This document shows, piece after piece, positions 50,485 to 64,000 of a DNA stretch of 64,000 nucleotides; position 1 is the stretch's first letter, and every line of letters starts with the position of its first letter. The notes under the pieces are model-generated. The model searched no databases, had not been told where the DNA came from, and saw only the letters and a list, made by a program, of their open reading frames with translations. The position numbers were made by a program, and so were the translations under genes. The DNA is from Calcarisporiella thermophila CBS 279.70 (Eukaryota; Fungi; Calcarisporiellomycota), in NCBI RefSeq assembly GCF_041956535.1, contig NW_027192215.1, positions 227,208 through 291,207 on the forward strand, written 5' to 3'.

Positions 50485-53151
50485 ATGATGCAACAGCTAT
50501 GCGCCCTCCCGCGCTCAGCTTCTTCATCCGAACTAATGCTTACGCCGCCGTCCCAGCAAACGAGCAAACTCAAGTCCGAGCTCACGATCCGGCACTCCTT
50601 CAGTGGCGATAAAGTGCGACCTCTGCGCTCGACCCATACGCCAACACCTGCATCGTCTCCCACGCCCGTTTCCGCGGCCGATTCTCCCGCGGCCGCTTAT
50701 GAGGAGGAGAAGCGGAAGGCGGAGAGCAGGCGGAGAAGCAGTCTGGACATTGTGGAGCTCTTAGCAACGGAGACGTTTCGATATTGGATGATGTGCTTTT
50801 GCGTGGTGAACTTTGATTTGGAGATTGGGCAGGGTAATCTCTCGGGCTCCCTTTACTATTGATGATTCCGCGGATGATTCTGATTGATATGCTGTCTTTC
50901 TTCATTTTCTACGGCTGCCCAATAGCCCTCGAATCTATCTACCCCCCCACTTCTGACTTAACGGAACAGGAGAAGAAGTCGATATGCTTTTGTGCCTTTC
51001 CGGACTCGAACGTATTTGAGGAGGGCGATACCGTCTTCAATTTTCGCATTCGATCAAGCGCATGCAACCAGAAGGTGGAGTCGGCCTCGGCATCGATCTA
51101 TGATCGCCAGTTCCTGTATGGATATGTGTTTTTTCGCCAGAAAAAGGACATGTCCATTCGGAGAGGATACTACCAGGTAAACCCTCTGCCCCAGGCGGGA
51201 ATACCTTCCTAGCTGCCTTGGCATTGGATACGGCTCTCTTATTAGGGGTGGATTACTGCGTGGAAGTTGACGCGCCTTCTTTTTTTTCTCCTACGGTCGA
51301 GTAGAAATCGCTCGTCATGTTATCCCACCTCCCCTTCACCGGTCTGTTTACTCGGCTAGTCTCCATCCTCGGCCCCGCTTTTTGTGACGTTGGGAAGCCG
51401 ATGCTTGAGGCCGCGTCGCATACCATAGCGAGTTGGAAACCGCCCTCTCCCGGCAGCAAGTACGAGCTTCCATTTCTAGGGCAAATCCTCCATGTCGAGC
51501 TCCCAGACCTACACAAGCCGCAATTGCTCGAGAACACGTGCTTCGACATGGCAACCTTGAGCCCCGACTCGCAGGTCCTCGCTTCCACCCCTCCCGCTTC
51601 GCTCTATCTAAGGTTTCGGGATGTGCTGGAGGATCTCTGGCTCTGCTGGGAGCTGATGCTGCTTGGAGAGCCTGTTGTCCTGGTGGCCCCGAGTCCGGAC
51701 GTGTGCAGTGAAGCCGTCATGGCCCTCGTGGACCTCATCAGCCCGATCCCGTACTGCGGAGACTACCGGCCCTACTTCACCATCCAGGACGCAGACTTCA
51801 AAACCTATGTAAATAAGGGCAGAGTACCGGCGAATATCATATTGGGGGTCACGAACCCCTTTTTTATCAAAGCCCTAGAGCACTGGCCAAACATGATCCG
51901 AGTGGGAAATCCTAGGTCAAGGTATGCCTTCGGCCCCGATCTCTATCGGGCTTATCGGATGAGCAACGCACCTTTTACATGTTTACTCTTTCTATCCGCC
52001 CTTCATCGAACGCTGTTCCAAACCCCCAGCCTTTTCTAAACATTTTTTTATGTCCACTTTTTCTAGAGATGTTGTAGAGCGCATGAATGGCACCTATCGC
52101 CATTCACAGCAGAACGGTGGCCCAAAAACCGCAAAACAAGTCAAGCAGGTGATGGGCGCCGCGATGGTGAATGCCATGATGCGCCCCGCTAACAGCCTAG
52201 AGTTTGTGCCTGGGGTGGTGTCGAAGCGGAAGGGCATTGTGGAAAAAGACCGAAATCTACTGCGACTCTTGGCTGAGGCCTCCGCAAGAGGCGATCCACC
52301 CCGTAAGTGTCTCCTGAGCAGCTCTCCCGGCGTTTCCCAACACACACTCTCCGGTGGACCCCCTTTCTCTAACACCCTACCTTTATACTAGCGCATATTG
52401 TGAACAATATTCTTCGCCGACACTTTGCAGAGTTAACCAAGAAATTCCTGGCGCCTCTGGAGTCCTATTTCACCACGCTTATCCCCACCAAAGTAACCCT
52501 CTCCTCTAACAAACAAACACCCCGGATACGCCCATTTAACCAGGAGGATTTCCTTCAAACCTTGCCGGACCATCTCCCTCCCTCCCATAACCTTCCTGCG
52601 GTTCGTACGAACATCCGGCGGTCCGCCACCGAGCAGCTGACGGCCTTGTATTCGCAGTTTGTAAAATGTGGGAATTTTGCCACTTGGCTGCGGGTGAGAA
52701 CGGAGCAGGCGGAGCGGGAGGTGAGGGGAAAGTACTTGAAGGCCCTCTGCGGCTTGGATATTGCACGGTGGATACAAGGGAGGCAGGAGGTGGAGATGAT
52801 TGATCTGCTGCTTAGGGTCAAGCAGGAGCTTGTACGTATCTCTATTGGGCTGCTCTCCGCCTGTTCTTCCTGTTATTCTCGACCTTGTTTTAATCCTTAA
52901 GGGGGCCTAACACTCTAACACGTCTCTTTAACTTGTAGAACGTCGCTGAGCGGCAAAAGGCCTCGTTCCATGAAAAATCAGACGGAAAGCTCGAGGCTTT
53001 TGGTATTGAGGAGGATGGTAGCGCGCTATACGCCCAAAAGGAATTGAGATTGAGCCAGCGGCAGGTGGAAAAATTGCAACGACAGGCTGAAAAAATTGTC
53101 AAGAAGTTGCCCAAGGATTTAAGGGACAGTCTAGGAGCTGGAACTATTTAG
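50485..53151 (+). CDS. DENND6: DENN-domain protein DENND6/FAM116-like, multi-exon
   Basis: CVVNFDLEIGQ, ICFCAFPDSN, YGYVFFRQKKD..RRGYYQKS, LCWELMLLGEP, DYRPYFTI, ILGVTNPFFIK, LRRHFAELT..FLAPLE, NFATW. Confidence 0.92.
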
Positions 53152-53790
53152 CAATGCTTTTTTATTTTCTTATTTTATTTTTTTTTTATTTCCTTATCTT
53201 GTTATTGCTTTCCTCTTTGTCCTTTTTCTTTTCTTTGACTCATAGAATAGACACGAACTCTTTTTCATCATTTTTTTCTTTTTTTTTTTTTTGTTAAGAT
53301 TCTATATATATTCATTCTGTTCTGCTTTATATATGGTTCTTTTTTTGGGTTGCCTTTTTTTTTTCCCTTTACTCCGTTTTCATTAACTTAACTTAATAGT
53401 CATTTCCTCATATGCTAATGCGAAAATAATTTTCATGCTCATCCTACATAATAAAGTCCCTCCTATCTCTTCCTTAGTTTCCTTTTCCCCAGGATCGGGG
53501 GGTGAGGGGAGATATTAGCGCGATTAGGAAAAAGATAAAAAAAATCAGGGACAGGAGTGGCGGAGCCTACTGAAATCTTAATGCCCATATGTAAACAAAG
53601 CTAAAAAATTTTTCAACGGCAGATACTATGATGACACCGATGAAAAACAGTCGCGAATCTTTCTACGGTGTTCTATTGTCTAGGACACAAAATATAAGTG
53701 AAAACAATAGTGAAGTCCCGTAGTTTTTCTTTGTTTTTTCTTTATTCCTTTTTTTTTTTCTTTATATTTTCATTTTTCTAAAATATAATC

Positions 53791-55008
53791 ATGGCAGAGA
53801 AAGCTGGTAAATATACACAGGCTTGCGCCGATTCCCCCTCTTCTCCTCAGAGAACGGAGGCGTTGGTAGATAGAGTGGAAGCTAACCATCATTTTCTTCA
53901 TGTCATTTTTCTGTAGTTGGTATTGATTTGGGAACCACCTACTCGTGCGTTGGTGTCTGGCAAAACGACCGTGTTGAGATCATTGCCAACGACCAGGGTA
54001 ACCGCACCACTCCCTCCTATGTCGCGTTCACCGACTCCGAGCGTCTCATTGGTGATGCCGCTAAGAATCAGGCTGCCATGAACCCCGAGAACACCGTGTT
54101 CGATGCTAAGCGCTTGATTGGTCGTCGCTTCAACGAGAGTGAGGTGCAGTCTGATATGAAGCACTGGCCCTTCACAGTTGTGGAGAAGGATACCAAGCCT
54201 TATATCCAGGTTGAGTACAAGGGCGAGAAGAAGCAATTCACCCCTGGTAGGTTTTCATCATGTTTGCATGCCACCGCCTTCCTTGCGGGCGACCCCAAAG
54301 CACAGGGACTAATTGCGTATTGTTTCTTTCTTCACAGAGGAAATCTCGTCCATGGTCTTGATCAAGATGAAGGAAACCGCTGAGGCGTACCTCGGCACCA
54401 AGGTGAACAACGCCGTCATCACCGTGCCCGCCTACTTCAACGACTCCCAGCGTCAGGCCACCAAGGATGCCGGTCTCATCTCTGGCTTGAATGTGATGCG
54501 CATCATCAACGAGCCCACCGCCGCCGCCATCGCGTACGGTCTCGACAAGAAGGCCGAGACCGGTGAGAAGAACGTGCTCATTTTCGATTTGGGAGGTGGT
54601 ACCTTCGACGTGTCGCTCCTCACCATTGAAGAGGGCATCTTCGAGGTCAAGGCCACCGCCGGTGACACCCATCTTGGAGGTGAGGACTTCGACAACCGCC
54701 TCGTGAGCCACTTCATCCAGGAGTTCAAGCGCAAGCACAAGAAGGACATCACCCCCAACCGCCGTGCCGTGCGCCGTCTCCGCACTGCCTGCGAGCGTGC
54801 TAAGCGCGTGCTCTCCTCCGCCACCCAGACCTCGATCGAGGTCGACTCGCTCTTCGAGGGCATCGACTTCTACACCTCCATCACCCGTGCCCGCTTCGAG
54901 GAGTTGTGCGCCGACCTCTTCCGCGCCACCCTGGACCCCGTCGAGAAGGTGCTCCGCGACTCCAAGATCGACAAGTCCCAGGTGCATGAGATCGTGCTCG
55001 TCGGTGGC

Positions 55009-55040
<32 letters not shown>

Positions 55041-55073
55041 GTCGGACTTCTTCAACGGCAAGGAGCCCAACAA

Positions 55074-55121
<48 letters not shown>

Positions 55122-55944
55122 CGCCATCCTCTCGGGCGACACCTCCGAGAAGACCCAGGACCTGCTCCTCCTCGACGTCACCCCTCTCTCCCTCGGTATC
55201 GAGACCGCTGGCGGAGTGATGACCACGCTGATCAAGCGCAACACCACCATCCCCACCAAGAAGTCCGAGATCTTCTCCACCTACTCCGACAACCAGCCCG
55301 GCGTGTTGATCCAGGTGTACGAGGGTGAGCGCGCCCGCACCAAGGACAACAACCTGCTCGGCAAGTTCGAGCTCACCGGCATTCCCCCGGCCCCCCGCGG
55401 TGTGCCCCAGATCGAGGTCACCTTTGACGTCGATGCCAACGGTATCATGAACGTCTCCGCCGTCGACAAGACCACCGGCCGCTCCAACAAGATCACCATC
55501 ACCAACGACAAGGGCCGCCTGTCCAAGGAGGACATTGAGCGCATGGTGAGCGACGCCGAGAAGTACAAGGCCGAGGACGAGGCCGCCGCCTCCCGCATCC
55601 AGGCCAAGAACGGCCTCGAGTCCTATGCCTACAACCTGCGCAACACCATCCAGGACGAGAAGATCGCCGACAAGCTCGACGCCGACGACAAGAAGAAGCT
55701 CGACGACGCCGTCACCGAGGCCATCAACTGGCTCGACGCCAACCAGGAGGCCGAGAAGGACGAGTTCGAGCACAAGCAGAAGGAGCTTGAGCAGCTCGCC
55801 AACCCCATCATGATGAAGCTCTACGGCGCTGCGGGTGGTGCTCCTGGTGGCTTCCCCGGTGCTCCCGGAGGCGGCGCCGCCCCCGGTGGATTCCCCGCCG
55901 ACGGATCCGACAACAACGGCCCCACGATCGAGGAGGTCGACTAA
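53791..55944 (+). CDS. HSP70: Cytosolic Hsp70 (SSA-type), 3 exons
   Basis: MAEKA|[35 protein letters not shown]-terminal GPTIEEVD. Confidence 0.99.
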
Positions 55945-56568
55945 GCGGAGGGCGAGGAGAATAGACGCATCGGATGCTTCTAGAATACAAAAATATACTT
56001 TTGGTTTAGATGGCATTTATTTAAAGAGGAAAAAAAAAACATTCTCTCATTGTCTCTCCCCACTTCGCTCGCACTTTTTTTTTCTCTCTTTGTGTATAAA
56101 TTTTGCTTCTCTTTTCTTTTAAGTTAATAAATAGATTTAGAATCGAACGGGATGATTTGCTGCCCTGCCGGCCGAGCTCTCTCCTCAAACCCTAGTCGGG
56201 CGGGCCAGGCTATTTCGGGAGGAGGGGGAAAACGCGGAGAAATGGCCCTGTGTTGCCACCGGCCAAAGCCGTGTCACCGGCCAAGTTCTATTTTTCGACA
56301 TTAAGGTTCTCCTGAGTTTCGGGTCCACTTTTTGCTCCCATGTGCTTGCCTTAAAAGACTCTCTCGCGCGCGCTTCCCTTTCTGCTTATCTCTCCTCCTT
56401 AACCTAAACATCGCTTCCCCCCTTCTTCCTCCTGGATTGGTTCATTGCTTATCCGGACTCCATTATCTCCTCCCGATTTCAATCGCTCATCTCTTAAGAG
56501 AATCCTCTCATCTCTACCCCCCCCCCACACACTCTTTCTGTATTTCTCCCTTGCCCTTCTCCGCTCAG

Positions 56569-57374
56569 ATGCATACGAATCACTTTATAACACGTGGAGT
56601 ACTCCTCCTCTTGGCCATGGCGTTCCTTGCTTACGCGCAAAGCTCTGCTCCTGTCCCTGCTCCTCTCCCTGCTCCTGCTCCTGCTCCTGCCCCTGTTCCT
56701 CCGCAAAACTTGGCATGTAGCACCCAGCCCGCGCCTGCGGATGCGAAAGGAGTCAATCTGCAGAGTAATGTCACCAAGGTTGGAAATGTGGACGTGAAGA
56801 TCGCCGGGCTCTTGACCGTGGACAATATGTGCCAATTCACCGTGCACGACTTCACATACGTATTCGCGCTTCCGGATGTAAGTAGAGCCCCTTCTTCTAT
56901 ATAGATCAACCTTGAATCGGGGCTGACCGTGGCTCGGATCTCACATATTACAGAGCTATTGGTATGGAAGTAACAGCACAGATCCAAAGGCCATCTCGGT
57001 TGCTATGTAAGTATCCTTGTTCATATTCGGCCGACAGTTTTAATTGACTCTGCCCTTCCAATGGCTTGCTTTCTGTCCTGCTCGCCCTCAGTTGCCCTAC
57101 CGCCGTCGGACAGAACTCGGCCACGGGTAAAGTACAGTTCACGTTGTCGCCCAACCTTGATTTTTCACAGTTCAGTGTGATCAAGCTGTTCTCGATGGCG
57201 TCCAACCCACCCGTCATGGTAGCGGTGGCTCAGATTCGTCCCCTACCCTCACCAACCATGGATAAATCTGTGCTGGGAAACACGATCCCCGCCTCTGTTG
57301 GGAGAGCCGAGATGAATTGGGGGCTGAGCGCCGCGGTAGGCTTGGGCTCTCTGGTATTGGCCGCCTTGTTCTGA
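56569..57374 (+). CDS. Secreted, probably GPI-anchored protein with (AP)n linker and DM13-like domain, 3 exons
   Basis: Signal peptide; IAGLLTVDNMCQFTVHDFTY..PD|SYWYG..VQFTL..DFSQFSVIKLF..VAVA resembles the DM13 pattern; hydrophobic C-terminus. Confidence 0.7.
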
Positions 57375-58495
57375 GTGAAGAGGGCATTGCAACTGTATAG
57401 CACACTTTAATTGTTATTTCCTCTGTCCCTTGAATATTTATAGATTTATATCTTTCCTTCTTGTTTCCCTCATGGCCTCGTTGTCTTTTTTCTTGGGATT
57501 CACTGACGGCTTCATCCTAATGCTTCGACTCGATATATAACCGTTATTTAATTCTCTACTAGTACATTCCCACTAGCCAACCATCTTAAATACCATACAC
57601 CAATAAACCCTTCCCTTATTTATTACCTTGAACAAGAAGCCCATTATGTAGAAAGAAAGAAAGGCATATCTTCAGCTTTCGGATTCTAAACAAGTAATAT
57701 CGGCGTAGAATCGGCATCGATGGGCCGGTTTATATAAGTGTAACTTACGGCCAGAGCATTTTGTCCAGTTTTTTGCCGTGGCTACGACCTTAATAAATTC
57801 ATCTGCCCTAACCTCAGTGCAGGACACCTGCCATATGAAAAGATTATAAAAATAAAGAATTTTTAACGGTTCCAGTAACAAAAATGACAGAAACTAAATG
57901 CCACCGCAGAACGTGGGACGAGGCGCGGTCATGTTAAGGAGTATAGTAAAAATAATGTGCAAGTTAGCAATGCGGCACCACTTTTGCGTTGAGGGCTTCT
58001 TCCAACCCCGTGCTTCGAATTACTTTTTGCAAAGACAAATTGCTAGTGGGATGACTCGCATTGGCTTAAGCAATGGGACAAGTAAACGGAAAAATGGTTT
58101 TGACAGAATCGTTTTCTTCACCCTATCATTGGGAATAAAAATGAGAATTGTACTAATGACCTCAATGCGATCATTAACATGCCTATGGTAAGTTTCTCTG
58201 AAAAAAAAAAGTTCATACGTTTAGATAAGACTATGGTGGAAGGCAGTTTGAAAACAGTTTTGGATCGAATTTTATGCGAATGTAAAGGCAAAAGGGAGTG
58301 AACATTAATTCCGAATCATTTAAGGGAAGAGAAGGGATTATTTTTCAGGAACGCGAATTCATATCCAGTTCCAGGAAAACGGTGGCAAAATACATCACTC
58401 TGTGACATCATTCGCTTTTATTTCTGAGCATTTCCAAGAAATAAGCAAGCGCTACCAACTGCACTTCCACCCTCGATTCGGACAAATAAAAAATC

Positions 58496-59552
58496 ATGGC
58501 GTACAACCAACCCCCTCCCGATTATGCCACCAGCTCCTCTCACGATCCGCTCCTAGGAGCCCATCAACACGACGATGTGCCCGATGACTTCAAGTATGGC
58601 GTTAATGTCGCGCAATCGGACATTTCCATTCGCATGGGTAATCATTTCGCTGGTCGCTGATCATGATCGTGAATTTCGATTCTAACCCAATGGACTCCAA
58701 TCCCGATTTAAACAGATTTCGTGCGCAAGGTGTATATGATTTTGACGAGCCAGCTCGTTGCAACCACAGCGGTTGGCGCAACGATGATGTTTAGCCCCAG
58801 CATTCAACAGTGGTCTCAGGCCAAGTAAGTGCTGCATCTCTGCATCTCTTTCTTCAAAACCCTTTTTTTTTCGAGCTGATTAACCGGAATGCGGCTCACT
58901 TTATCGGTAGCCCGTGGATGGTTTGGGTCTCCATGTTCGCCACATTTGGTGTGCTGTTTGCGCTCTTTTGGAAACGACGATCGGCTCCGACAAATTACTA
59001 TTTGCTTGGTGCTTTTACGCTTCTGGAGGCCTACACGATCGGTAATGCGGGTAAGTGTCTAGCCAATATGGATGCTTTTCTCACCTTTGTAAGCGCTAAG
59101 CAATTTACGCCGCAGTGAGTTATTTCGACTCGCTCGTGGTTCTCCAGGCCCTTGTCATCACGCTCGGTGTTTTCATCGGGCTCACCCTCTTCACCTTCCA
59201 ATCCAAGTACGACTTTACCGGACTCGGCCCTTAGTATGTCTTATGGACGATCTGTTTTCCTCTTTGCTTTTCGCATACTAATCCCCAACCTCTTAGCCTC
59301 TTTGCAGGTATCTGGATCCTCATCATCACCTCGCTGGTTCAAATCTTCCTTCCCTTCAACCGCTGGGTGGACCTTGGAATCGCTATTGGAGCCACCGTGC
59401 TGTTCTGTGGATACATCCTCTATGACACATACATCCTGATCCACCACATGAGTCCAGAGGAGTATATCATGGCAGCGGTATCTCTCTACTTGGATGTGAT
59501 CAACCTGTTCTTGAGCATCCTGCGGATTCTAAACGACTTGAACCGTGACTAA
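58496..59552 (+). CDS. BXI1: Bax inhibitor-1 family protein (TMBIM4/Bxi1-like), 5 exons
   Basis: DDVPDDFKYG..IRM|GFVRKVY, PTNYYLL..FT, FTFQSKYDF, LFCGYILYDT, SPEEYIMAAVSLYLDVINLFLSILRIL. Confidence 0.94.
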
Positions 59553-59810
59553 TGTATACACTAGCAACTACACATCTATCTATCTATATTACACTGATAA
59601 AAGCACGCCACCTAAATTTCCCTGGCTCGCGTTTGCGTCGCAATAACTGTACCGTCCACCATTGCTTTCCTTTATATTAATTTTTTTCTTTTTAAATGTT
59701 TTATTATATTACTCGAATTAAAACCTAATAAAACGTAGTAACGCCATTGTTTATGGAACAGTATTAACGCGTGATAGGAAAGTAGAACTACAACGGCCCC
59801 CTGCTCTTTT

Positions 59811-60407
59811 TCATGACAGCAATAGACCGGCCAAACCGACCGCCATGAGCTCGAGCACGGGGGCGGCCTGGATCAGCGCCGCGCTACTTCTCACCGACGG
59901 AGTGGCACTTGCACTGGCAATGGAACTTGTCCCTGTGATTTGCACCGTTTGCGCGACGGTCTGAGCCACGGTTGCGTTGGGCATTGCCGAGGATGCGGAA
60001 ACACAGAGTTGGGACACCGTCGAGTCCTGCGCCTTGCGCTGCTCCATGATAATGTAATCGTCGCCGCAGAGATTATAGCAAGTGAGGATGTCTTTTTGGC
60101 GCTGGCATTGGCAGGCAAGGTCCGACTGGCTACAAAGGGATGCCATCTGATTGCCGCGGTTGATGCACGCGTCGAAGCTGGATAAAGGAGGAGGATGGCG
60201 ATTAGTGATGGTCGGGAACCGTAAATAATGAAGAGATAAAATCGAGAAAGTGTACTCCATTTACTAACGATAAAGGAGAGGGGAGGGAGGAGGGGGAGAA
60301 AGGCCCTTGCTAGCGGCTACTTACTTGACTTTAGCATTGCAAGCGCTTACACTCTCCGCGCATGCGAGCAACACTACGAGAAAAACTGCGAATGCAAATG
60401 ACTTCAT
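59811..60407 (-). CDS. Secreted Cys-rich, Ser/Thr-tailed GPI-anchored-type protein, 2 exons
   Basis: MKSFAFAVFLVVLLACAESVSA signal; CNAKVN|FDACI..LCSQSDLACQC..LTCYNLC..QLC; S/T-rich stalk; hydrophobic tail. Confidence 0.85.
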
Positions 60408-61819
60408 TGAGGATGTAGTTCTTTGAATAGGGATGCAGAATTGAGAAGGCGGTGCTGAGGGTTGAAAAGAGAGAGAAAGGGAGAAATCAAAGGGAGCCTT
60501 TTGCAAGACAAACACCGCTCCTCAGGACGTTAAAATTGCATACGGCCATCCTCAATTTAATTTTCATATAACCTGGAAAAGAAAATTGGATCGTGATAAC
60601 CGCTTTAAGGTCAAATGGCCTTGGGCGGTTTAATTAATGAGCCACTACCAATCTTAAGGGCAAGAAGGAAATTTGCATTAGACTAAACATCCGGATTTCC
60701 TATTCGGACGGCTTCCAATTTTGTTTTGACCTTCGTGTTTAATTGATACATACAGCTTTCCTCTCTCTGTCGAATTCCAAAACAGGCGGGGAAAAAGTCG
60801 TGGCAGGACGCGCCAAACGCGCTGTCACCGCTTATGGAGGGGGAAATGGGATCGAAGGTCGAATAGAGGCGATGAAAATCAAAACTGGAAGCGCTAATAA
60901 TCCCAGTTTAAGTTGATGTCCAAGTGAAGATTTCGTCTCAATTAGGACTGGATTACGGGGTGAAGATCTCTATCCGTTTAACATCGATCCGCGATCCCTA
61001 TTTCACCGACTCCTTTGTACAGGTTGTTTAAAACACCCAAACCTCAAGCATTCATAGCTTCTTGCCCACACATCTTCTCAGCTAGCCGCAGGCCAAATGC
61101 AGGAGTCTCCAAAGAATCCATGGTCTCTACGATATGTCATCCCGTACTTTTCTTGCCTGACATAGAAATGCAGTAGTGCTTTTGGATGCGGCCCTTTTCT
61201 CCCGGCTTTCGGCAATCGCAATTGCACCCTTGCCATCAGCAAAGTTTTAAAACAAGGACAACTGAGAGAGTGGTTACCTCTGCCCTCGCCTGCATTGCAT
61301 CCTCTGTAACTGGCCATTCAAATCCCTTTTCATCTGCACTTAAATGGCCAAATTATGCCAAATGAAGGAATAGCTTGGTCTCTATAGTAAACAGCTCAGC
61401 ATGCACCAAGCGATATTCGCGTGCTATTCAAGGTCTCTCCGTCGGTCGACATCCAAGGAGTAGCCTATGCCTTCCATCCTCTCCTGGTAAATTATACTGA
61501 TATAGAACGAGAAAATCTATTCAATTTAACAATAGTGAAAAGAAGAGTGAAAAAAAGTAAAAGAAACATACAATTAAAAAGCAAAAGAAAAGAGAAGGGA
61601 GTGGGGGAATCCACAGAAGAAAAAAGGAGCATAAGATGTCTCATATATAAAGGAAACAGAATATCGCCCAAGCCGACGATAAAAAGTATCTACCATACAC
61701 AATGGAGAGGAGGGGGAGGAGGGAAGAGGGAGTAACTAAACGCAAGCGAGAGAATAAAAAGCGAAGAGAAAAGAAACAGCTAACGTAAAAAAAAAAGAGA
61801 AAAGAGCACCCAAATGAAT

Positions 61820-64000
<2,181 letters not shown>

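Noticed and set aside
53650-53685. Possible heat-shock element upstream of HSP70
   Set aside because: Only partial GAA/TTC units, with no three correctly spaced nGAAn repeats.
3356-55944. Apparent chaperone/ER gene cluster (CCT3, TBCB, FKBP, HSP70; GPI14, SEC22, PHO88)
   Set aside because: The genes are scattered among unrelated ones and such housekeeping classes are common. ERG20, GT8 and the esterase likewise lack a core biosynthetic enzyme, so this is not a metabolite cluster.
54238-56016. 592-aa ORF antisense to HSP70
   Set aside because: Long antisense frames are a known by-product of high-GC3 codon bias in hsp70 genes, and this one is codon-aligned with the sense frame.

Overview
Gene-dense eukaryotic DNA from a fungus, probably an early-diverging lineage such as Mucoromycota or Zoopagomycota (inferred from short GT-AG introns with CTAAC-type branch points and from gene content; the taxon cannot be fixed from this window). 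It opens in a frameshifted, intron-containing DDD transposase (Sola2-like) and then carries about 26 spliced protein genes: CCT3, an SH3-WW-RasGEF (Cdc25-like), FPP synthase, a GT8 glycosyltransferase, a DUF4203/TMEM198-like membrane protein, a forkhead factor, a U1-type zinc-finger protein, a GDSL/CE16-like esterase, SVF1, a CHY-RING E3 (RCHY1/Pirh2-like), GPI14, SEC22, a DLT1-like protein, PHO88/SND3, tubulin cofactor B, BDF1, an FKBP-TPR immunophilin, DENND6, cytosolic HSP70, a DM13-like protein, BXI1, a Cys-rich GPI-type protein, a partial PP2A B56 subunit and two orphans. I found no rRNA, tRNA or CRISPR array. The most unusual zone is 39.0-41.2 kb, a 2.3 kb gap between convergent genes. 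It holds a 53-aa ORF with two CxxC-x5/6-H-x3-C motifs that the ORF track misses, and a telomere-template-like 10-mer inside a 20-bp sequence whose exact reverse complement recurs 5.6 kb away next to degenerate TTAG(GG) repeats. Exon boundaries were read by eye and family assignments rest on motif recognition, not database searches.
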